Position numbers and translations under genes: made by a program. Below the pieces are notes generated by a model that saw nothing but the letters and a program-made list of their open reading frames with translations, was not told the origin of the DNA and searched no databases. From positions 1 through 64,000 of the forward strand of contig OZ025701.1 in the NCBI GenBank assembly GCA_964019335.1: DNA of 64,000 bases. Reading direction: 5' to 3'. Below are positions 55,526 to 64,000 of this stretch, one piece after another. The DNA comes from Diplonema japonicum. Its lineage: Eukaryota > Protista > Euglenozoa: Diplonemea. Numbering within the stretch: position 1 is the stretch's first letter; every line of letters begins with the position of its first letter.

Positions 55526-57506
55526 TCAATGTTTCTGAGGGAGAGGCTTTCCGATCTTGTCTACCTGAGGTATCTTGATGTTCTTGGCATCAATGTTATA
55601 CGCACAGCAAGAATCAGTGAAGAGGAAAATAACACGGGTCACCACGCACTCCTCTGCTTCGACACGGATATGGGGAGACTGTTTGTTGCATTCGCACTTG
55701 GGCCGGTGCACACGGCCACTGCACTGCTTGTCAGATCCTTCCGCGATGACCTATAAAAAAAAAAGATCTTTTGGAAAAAAAAAATAATTGAGTCCACACC
55801 TCACACAATGCCATGATTCTCAGCTGCGTCCCAAGATTGCTGTTTGTAAAGCCAGCTGCACTTGTCATGTAGCCCAAGGAGGTGCTTGCGTTTGTCGCCA
55901 TGTATATCCCCGGTCCATAGGCAGTTCGCAGGTCCAGTTTTTTCAACCCACCTCTTAAAATATTATGCCAGCTTCCCAACCCCGATCCATGGAAGGCAAA
56001 GAACGACCCTCCGTGCTTTGCCTTCAGCTCCTGAAACCTTGCTTCTGCAGCCGGGGTGCTGCTCTGCAGCAAGAACTGATGCTCAGGCATGTCCTTCACA
56101 CGCTGCTCCTTCGGGATCTGCTGGATATGCGACGTGTTGCTCGCGATGATCCATCTCACCACCTGGTACAGGTTGCGGTCGATCTTCCCCATGCTCTCCA
56201 TCAAACTCTCCCCTTTACTCAAAATATCCTTCATGTCGTTCACTCTAGGGCATTTCTTCAACACGTTGTTGACCGTCTCCGCCCCAGATCCGAACGGGAA
56301 GTTCGTGTACTTGTTATTCGCCGCAGCTGCTGCAAACGTTGTGGATATAAGGAAGTCCACCACCATGGGGTTCCGCAGCACTTCGTCTTCGAGGTTCACA
56401 CCAAGACCCAAGTTAGCCATCTGAATGATCGTTTGTAAAACAAACATCAGAAAAACGGATATACCTGGTGGTTGCAGAGGTCCCCATCGCACGCTACCGG
56501 CTTGAGGAGGGGTAAGGGATGCGCCTTGTCGCACACGATGCAACGCTCGGTGCACTTAATGATTCTCTGCTTTAGATAGCCAATCACGTAGTTGAGCAAA
56601 GAAAAACTGCAGGGGAGGGGGGGGTGGGTTTTTTTTCTTTTTTGACAAAAAAGAAGAAAGAAAACCAACATACTCCATCCACGAGGGTTCATCGAAGTAC
56701 ATCTTTTCTTGCTTCGCCTGCTTCCTCAGCCCGTCCATTCTCTCCTCATCGAAGAGGATTTCCTGTATCGAGTCGAACCTGTTATAGATGCAAAGCTTTC
56801 TTTTTCCTCCATCATACCTCCCTGCACTCCTCCGGACCAACAGTGTAGCAAGGCGCATGTCCATTTCAACACCCGTCTCTGCTGCGAGGTTCAACACGCT
56901 CATGACCTATTGTGGTGGCGTCGGCAAAGCAGCATACCTGCGACCATGGGGCGTCGCTTTCTCTTTCTTGCGCACGGCCTATCTCTTCGAGACATTTAGC
57001 TTTTAAACCTTCCCAATTATCTTTTAGGTGCTCCAGCAGCCTCTGCTCGAGGGTCCACCAAAGGCCGAACTCGAGGGCATCGTTAAGTGTTTGTTTGTTG
57101 TCGAGACACGTATCGCTGCTTTGCCGCACCGTCACCTTGCCGGGGCTAGGGCACTTGGCGAGGTACTGGGGCGGGGAGGATGGGAAAGTTAAAGCTATCA
57201 CAACATGCAGATCATGATGCAGACCACACGCGCGCAGTGTATACTCGTCACACAGATCGTCGACACGGAAACCAACCATCGCCGTCACGCCGTACAGCTC
57301 AGACACGAGATACCCTGCACGGTACCCCTTCATGCGCAGGTACTGCACCTCCAGCTGCAGCAGACTCGTCTCATTGAACACTTCATTCACTTCAGCCACC
57401 TGCAGAGAGTGAATCATGCAAAAAAACAACATACCTCTTCCTCATATTCTATCTCCTCCTCTTCCGGACCTGAACAGTAGTAATCATCGTCATCGTCATC
57501 GCTCAT
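55526..57506 (-). CDS. PARP6/PARP8-like mono-ADP-ribosyltransferase
   Basis: PARP6/8-type Cys motif CTERCIVCDKAH..KPVACDGDLC. Also NPMVVDFLI, VVRWIIASNTSHI, HQFLLQSSTPAAEARF, FAFHGS..WHNILRGGL, YGPGIYMA, IMALCEVI and VVTRVIF. Acidic N-terminus MSDDDDDDYY. Confidence 0.9.
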
Positions 57507-57641
57507 ATTTACGACTGTTCTCCACCTGTTGTGAGCTTCGTGTGTTTGATGAAAGATTGGTGAATAACTTTTTTTTCTTAAAAGAAACAAAAAAAAAAAA
57601 AAAAAGAGATGTCGCCCGCAGTATTTTGCTTTTGCTCTTTC

Positions 57642-60600
57642 TTACTTTTTCCTTTTTTTGGGTGCCTTGCTGCTCGATGAACTGTCTTCAGAGCTGCTGT
57701 CATCTTCGACTGCCTTCTTTTTTGACTTCTTGTTGGCTGGCTTCTTTTTTACTGGCTTTGGTTTCTCCTCCTCTTCTTCCTCCCCCTCATCCTCCTCAAC
57801 CACATCGTAGTCTCCTTCAACCAAGTGGTCAGTCTTCCACATGTCGTCCTTTGTGGGGTCAGGGAAGGATAACAGCCGTGAGTCGATTCTACTAAACACC
57901 GGAGGGTCGCTCCCAGGCTTCGGCAGGTTCAAGGCATGGGTCACTGTTTCCATGCCGTCGGTGGCCTGAGTCTTAATGATCTCCAGTGTGCGTTTCCAAT
58001 GGTCCGCCATCTGTAGCATCTTGGGCGACCCAATCATGAAGAAGCCGAACCTTGCTCTGCTGCATGCCACGCACATCCTGTTCTCCAGTTTCATGAACGA
58101 GGTGAGCTTCGCGGTACGCGTCAACGAGACGATCACAATGTCATTCTCGTCACCTTGGAATCTGTCGACTGTCAACACCTCGATGCTCCCCAGCCCAACG
58201 GCTGCCAAGCCGGTAGACAACGCGCGTGCCTGACCAAGATAGGGGGTCAGGACTGTTACCTGTTCGCTTCTGAGCGCCTTCCGCGACACAAGGTACTGCG
58301 CTAAGAACGTCACCATTCGAACCTCTTGGCTGTTCATGATACTGCGCCCAACAGAGGACTGCTGTTCTTCTACCTTATGCGACCAGAAGGTAACGGCCGG
58401 CAAGTGCGGGAGACCCAGTACCTTCTTGCCCCCGTAGTGCATTGTGCGCGTGGCGAGTGTCTCATAGTCCGTAAGGCTCTTGTAGATGGGACGCACGATG
58501 TCCGCAATGGCACGTCTCATCCTGCGCTGTTCCGTCAGCATCACGCAAGGCACTTCACAGTTCTCGATCAGCCTCTGGAACAGAGACGTGTCAAAATGGT
58601 TATACCTCGCATAGAGCCGGTTCTCCGTGCTGGGCATCAACTGCTTGTGGTCACCAATCAAGATTATCTGCTTCACGCTGTCAACGAAACAGCTCAAAAT
58701 CTGACTTTCCAAGATCTCAGCAGCCTCCTCCACCATGAGTACACTGGGCTTCACCGCCCTGAGGATGCTTTGGTTCATGGCAGCACCAGTCGTGGTCAGG
58801 CCAATGATGTCAGCGCCCTTTAATGCTGTCAGTCGTGCATCATCAAAGGCGTACTGGTCCAGCACGAGCATGCCATCGAACTCTTTTTTGACGTTTTCGA
58901 ACTTTTCTGCCAGCTTCTCCCTTGTCTTCGCCACCCAGTAGGCGGCCAGCCTGCATCTGTCGTCGTCGCCCATCGACCACAGGTCCGTGGTGTTCGCGCA
59001 TGATGGCGGGATGAGGTTACCGGTCTTCAGCATCTCAGGCACCTCGTCGTCACCATCCTCGGGTCTTGTGTGCCTCCTGGCCAGCGACGGCGGCATAACA
59101 GGTGCGAAAGACGAGTAAAAAGCACGCTTCGCACGCAGGTTGCGCAAGAAGTCCTGTGATGTGATAATAATCAATGACGCTGTGACACACCTCATCTAGG
59201 GAAGTGAACGATTTGCCTTCTAGCTTCATTGTCTGCATGTTCGTTTCTCCCCCATTTCCCGCATTATTTCTACTAACAGCGCGTTCTCTTGCCTCTTGGA
59301 ACTCTCGTCTGATGTCTTCTGTCAGCGTCTTCTCTTTGAGGAACGCCGTGTCTACCTCATCAGGGTCTAACCCGATGCTCAGGATGTGCTTCCCTAGATT
59401 CTGGACATTGTGGAAATCATCGCTGGGCATAACAATGGGCTCATCGGGGAGCCACTCCTTCCACGTGGTGACGAGGTCATCTTCGCCTAAAGCGAACTTA
59501 TCCAGCTGGCTGCTATCCATGAAGTCCCTGATCATGTCGTTGTCGAGGTCTAGCGTGTCCAACCTCTTCAGCAGTGCCGCAATGCGCTCTGCTTCCTTTC
59601 GAAGAGACTTGAGCTTCCCCCTGTGGTCCCCCTTGAGCTTCGTAAGGTTCGAGAGGTTGTAGTGTTGCAGCTTCGACGACTGAGACCTTCCACCAACACG
59701 GACCAGCTTCTTTGAATGCCCTTGTCGATCACAGCAGGTTTGGCAGCAATACTTCGACGGTCCAGTACTCTTGCAAGCACACCTCGTGGGGTCGCGCAGG
59801 TCACCGCACCACACGCCGCTGTTGATGCAGTCAATCAGGAACTGTGAGTGTGTGTGAAGGTCACGCAGACATACCTCGTCAAGGGAGTGGTTCTTATACG
59901 TGAGAACCACAATGGGGCCAGGGTTTTCCACTTCCTCAGGCTCGTTGGCGTCGTCCGGGGCTTGGTACTCATTCTTCAGCTCACCGCTCTGCATTCTAAT
60001 CCTAAATTCAGCAATGCACTCGACCAGCCTGCACCCAATAAAACTCTTCCCAGTGCCTGGGGGGCCCTGAACAAGCAGCACCGGGCGGTGGGGCAGCCAA
60101 CGAAGAGCTTTTGCTTGACCGGGCTCATATGTGAACCTGTTCAGCATCCTCCTCACGATATTCTCAAAGGCATCCTTGTAGCAAAGGGGGACGAACCCCG
60201 GTAGTCTTTTAACCTCGGCCTTGCACGCTCCCTTCAGCAATGTGTTGTTGAACGGCAACCTTGGTTGCTTGCGGAGATGATCGAGTGCCTCAAGGACGGG
60301 CTTGGACCCGTGCAGGAACACCTTGGTCTCGAAGAGGAACGACTCCTATGGGAAAGTACTACAATGCGGCCGCCATACCCTCTGCGAGACACCGTTTGCC
60401 TGATTCTCTTTTAAGCACCTGATGAGTTCATGCGGATCGCCTTCCACAACTTCTACAATAGCCAGGCCCGCTGACGCTGTGGAGGCATCGCTGAAAGGCA
60501 CCGTTGCCCACCACATCTGTTGTTGTTTAGGTTGAGGTCTGCAGCATACCTTTTGTTCAGTGCAGGCTTTCTCCATGTCGGTGGTCCCCAGGATAAGTAC

Positions 60601-62268
60601 TAAAGTACCGCTCTCTAACTGCTGAAGGGGGTTGAAAGAATCCGACCTCATAAACTTCAGTACGATCCATAGCCCTCGGTCTCCTAGTGCCTCTCCAATA
60701 ACTTCCACACCCGACACCTGAGAAGGCTTCATCAAAGAATACAAGACATACCGCCTGTGTGCTGTACTTATGGTCCTCCACCGCCTTTTCGTCTAAGTTC
60801 TCTGTGAGGCCTATTCTCCACCTGACACTCGACACAGCTTCCGCAAATACGTCGCTCTTCAACAGTGAGAAGTGCGTCCCTACATAGTCATCAACATCCT
60901 TGAACGGCAGACTCGTGGTAACAGGCTGCGTGTGTAACAATGTGCAAGAGACGCATACCAGGTTTAGATGGTGCATGGGGTTCCGTTCATCGTCGATACC
61001 GAAGATGAAGGCCTCGGGTTCTGGGAAGAGGCGTCTGTCCTCGGTCCCCTGCAGTGTGTTTCGCCGACGTGCAACATACCCTACGGATCCTTGCGCACAA
61101 CCTACGAAGCTGGTCTTGCTGCTGCTCGTTCGGTCTCTGATTTACATAAAAATTCAAACTGTCATACCTGCACTCCGGCAGTGTGGGCCTTGTTGAGTCT
61201 CACAAGAAGCCCTACAATGCCGTCGAAGTACGTGTCAGGGATGTCATGCACACTGCCGGTCTTGTAGCAAAACATCCGCAAGTTCTCAGCAAAGACAGCG
61301 ATGTCCAACCCATGCTGGATGTCCGCACCGTCGGAGGCAAGCTTTGCGACCTCACGAACCAGAAGAGGCAGAGGTGTACTTTGCAGGGACCTGTAGAACT
61401 TCGACAGCACAGGCCTGTACCTGGATTCCTGCAAGCCAGGGTATGCACAAAGGTCGACGATGCTAGTGACACAAGCAACCCACGAGGGGCCTGTAGACGA
61501 CCCAATCGCAGTGGGCTTCTGAGCAAGGAAGTTTAGAAGAGCAATCCAATCAGGTTGACTCACGAGAATCTTTGTGATGATTTTTTCAGGTGAACCGGTG
61601 GTCTTGCAGCTGTTACAGAACTCAGCGATGTCGTACGGCGTGAGTTCCCTGTGGATGGCGGGCTTCACTCCTGTGGCACGGTCGCGCCCTCTGAAGTCAG
61701 CCCGCCGCCTTTCGATTGTCAACCTCACCTTGTCCTGCAAAGCCATCCTCTTCAGACCGTAGTCTGCCCACTCCATGTGGAACACGGCGTTGCAGTGCCG
61801 CTCCGGTACAAAAATCTCACCAGTGCCTCTCTCAGGTTCCAAAGCCACCACAACACCAGACAGCTCTTCGGACGCCCCGAAATCCCTTGCAAAGCCTTGC
61901 TTCCGCCTCTGCTGCACCCTTTTTTTCTCTGAAGCATGCACCTGATTCTCATTCTCTTTGATTCTTTTCTTGTGCTCAATGCACGCGATCTTCCTATTTA
62001 TCTTTATCTTCTCGCTTAGCGACACTTCCACAGGTACTGCCAAGCAGTCATCCACAGTGCCCCATTCTTGCCGCTCCACCTTTTCGAGTAGGCCCATCTC
62101 CTCCCATTTGCTGATAACATCGTTCTTCACTTTTTCAACTTCCTCTCCTCCCTCCAACCACAGTGATATAGCAGCTGCCCTCTCCTCTGCGTTCTTTTCG
62201 CTGTCATAGTATGATTTTAGCAGAGGGTACGTGATGCAGTTGTCAAGAAACGTGCCGGACGCAGACAT
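57642..62268 (-). CDS. ZNFX1-like (UPF1/SF1B) RNA helicase with N-terminal cold-shock/OB-like segment and no NFX1 fingers
   Basis: Motifs DVDDYVGTHFSLLKSD, VQGPPGTGKSFIG, VLTYKNHSLDEFL, LVRVGGRS, DLWSM, IIGLTTTGAA, VEEAAEILE, LIGDHKQL, SLFQRL, LTEQRRM, VLTPYLGQ, TVDRFQGDENDIVIVSL and VACSRAR. Several 31-40 nt introns. Confidence 0.88.
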
Positions 62269-62321
62269 AGCGCCTAGCCTGTAATATTATTTGTTTTTGA
62301 AGTGTGGTGGAATAGAATAAA

Positions 62322-63218
62322 CTACTGTTGGCAAATAGTTGCCCAGCGAAGGACAGACTCGATGCCATGCTCTGTCGCTGTTGACGTGGTGAGGAAGCAC
62401 CACCTGTGACCGTCAAGGTACTGGTGTACCTTGTACTTAGAAAGAATGGAAGATGCTTCCAAGGCACCCGTAGCAGGGTACTCTGACGTGCTGGCCTTGC
62501 GGGGTTCTAGTGGTTCAGAAACAATAACGCTACTCAAGAGGACCCAGTCCACCGAGTTGGTGGAGCCGTCCAAGTGCCACGCACTCATGTCGTTAGCTGT
62601 CGTTTCGGTGTTCGTCACGATGTAGTAGCTGCTCACCACACATGGTTCGTGCAGTTCGAAGATCAAGGGTTGCATCTGATGATCTATCCAGTCGCGTTTA
62701 CTGTCGTCTAGTACGCTGCACGCTGTTTCCCTGTTGTTCCCATTTGTGTAGACTTTCATCTTTTTCCTGTCAATCTCTCTTCCCTTTTCGTCCTTGAAGA
62801 CAACAGCGTTCACGCTGCACAATCCGTAGTCATTGCCCACTGCGGTAGGCTGCAGGCGGAGGAACTTCATCGGCCGCGGGGTGTCTTCGCTGCAGTCACA
62901 CTTAGTCCCTGCTACAAGAAAATAACTATTTCTAAAGCCAGGCATCGCCGAAACCTCTCGCAACAGTGTCCTCCCTAATGTCTGCTCTCTCTCTCCGCGT
63001 GCTGTGCCGTCTATCGTCACGATGACTGCTGTGTACCCCGTCTCCGCACGCTCCTGCAATACTGCTCGGCCTTTTTCGAAGCTCGTGAGACTCGAGATAA
63101 GGTTCCCATCCACCACCTCAAGCGGTATCTTACCCTTGGCGTCCAGAGCACTCTTTAGTGAGTTCTTCCCACTGCCTTTAATGCCTAGCATTAAAACACG
63201 GCTTTCCGTACCGCCCAT
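62322..63218 (-). CDS. Degenerate Arf/Arl-like GTPase with an inserted discoidin (F5/8C)-like domain
   Basis: MG start. RVLMLGIKGSGKN (G1), LVAGTKCD (G4) and Arf-type tail HRWCFLTTSTATEHGIESVLRW. The insert contains PLIFEL..VSSYYIVT..DMSAWHLDGSTNSVDWVLL. Confidence 0.72.
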   Translation of the reverse strand: MGGTESRVLMLGIKGSGKNSLKSALDAKGKIPLEVVDGNLISSLTSFEKGRAVLQERAETGYTAVIVTIDGTARGEREQTLGRTLLREVSAMPGFRNSYFLVAGTKCDCSEDTPRPMKFLRLQPTAVGNDYGLCSVNAVVFKDEKGREIDRKKMKVYTNGNNRETACSVLDDSKRDWIDHQMQPLIFELHEPCVVSSYYIVTNTETTANDMSAWHLDGSTNSVDWVLLSSVIVSEPLEPRKASTSEYPATGALEASSILSKYKVHQYLDGHRWCFLTTSTATEHGIESVLRWATICQQ

Positions 63219-63321
63219 CCGTGTGTATCTGCATGCTTTCTGATAATACTAAATACATAGCATGACTACTACTAACGAAAGTGTTCGAACTTCTTGGTCA
63301 TCGTGTCGAATCTAATACATG

Positions 63322-64000
63322 CTACACAGCGATTCCTGTGCCTGTTTGGGTGCGATGTTGTGCAAAGTGCCGTGCATACCTCGCCCCGCATTTCGCGGCT
63401 GGAATGGGTTCGGCGCATGCTCAAGCTGCGGTTGTGTTGCCAAAACAAGTATGCATACCTCGTCTTGCTCGTGAAAGCTGTGGTACTGCTCGTCGCTTTC
63501 TTTTGGCATCCGTGTCGGAGGCGGACCAGAGCTTTTCTTCAAGATGAAGAGTGCCGCGCCGACGCAGATTGGGACAAGGATTGAAGGGATAAGCACAGCT
63601 GCCCACGGAAAGGAGTCGCTCTTACTGTTGGAAACTACAGGCTTGCCTTCTATGCTACTATCAGAACATACGGCCGCAGCGGCAGTGGCCCTAATAGTAC
63701 CTAAAGGCGACGGGCACACGCACTGCCAATCGCCTGCGCTGTTCGAGCTGTCGAGGCACGTTTGGCCCTTACTCTCGCAGACGTTCCGTATCGCAGGATC
63801 AGCACATTCCCCTACAAAGGAACAGTCCGCTGCTGCTGCGATCTTGCTGCCATTTGCCGGTGGCAAGCAGCTGCAAACCCAGTCGCCCAGAGAATCGGGT
63901 GACATATTTGGATCTGTGCATTGCTGTCCTTGGCAAGCAGTATTCCCGTTACATTCATTCAACGTGCAGACAGCAAGCTGCCCTACAACGCTCGTACCTA
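63322..64000 (-). CDS. 3' end of a type I membrane protein with Cys-rich EGF-like repeats (partial)
   Basis: Repeats NEC..C.GQQCTDP..GDWVCSC and GEC..C..GQTCLD..GDWQCVC. TM segment WAAVLIPSILVPICVGAALFIL followed by KK. Two short introns give ..GTGIAV*. Confidence 0.85.

Overview
This is a gene-dense eukaryotic window, most likely from a euglenozoan of the diplonemid type. Every credible gene (about 18) lies on the minus strand. Intergenic gaps are short, many carry T-rich tracts, and a kinetoplastid/diplonemid spliced-leader (SL)-like motif is present. Most genes are split by very short cis-introns (mostly 31-42 nt, usually GTATG...CAG), so most ORF-track entries are exons or antisense shadows. 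From left to right: two tandem, 5'-defective CRE/SLACS-type non-LTR retrotransposon copies with unusually long tails after the endonuclease, one of them headed by an SL-like 38-mer; a giant (~7,040 aa) Cys/EGF/IPT-rich multi-pass receptor-like protein with a cytoplasmic B-box and EF-hand; a kinesin with a very long coiled coil; PDI; a BAR-like protein; a CS-domain protein; PABP; a secreted ankyrin + degenerate JmjC protein; a TMEM184/OSTalpha protein; a PDZ / BtuF-like locus; a putative mitochondrial membrane protein; two tandem ZZ-finger paralogs; Rab23; a PARP6/8-like ADP-ribosyltransferase; a ZNFX1/UPF1-like helicase; a degenerate Arf-like GTPase with a discoidin-like insert; and the 3' end of an EGF-like type I membrane protein. 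The most interesting candidates are (i) the Arf-like / ZNFX1-like / PARP cluster, whose stop codons sit inside potential splice donors that would fuse neighbours in frame, (ii) the SL-headed retroelement, and (iii) the giant receptor. All family calls come from motif recognition by eye; no database search was run.
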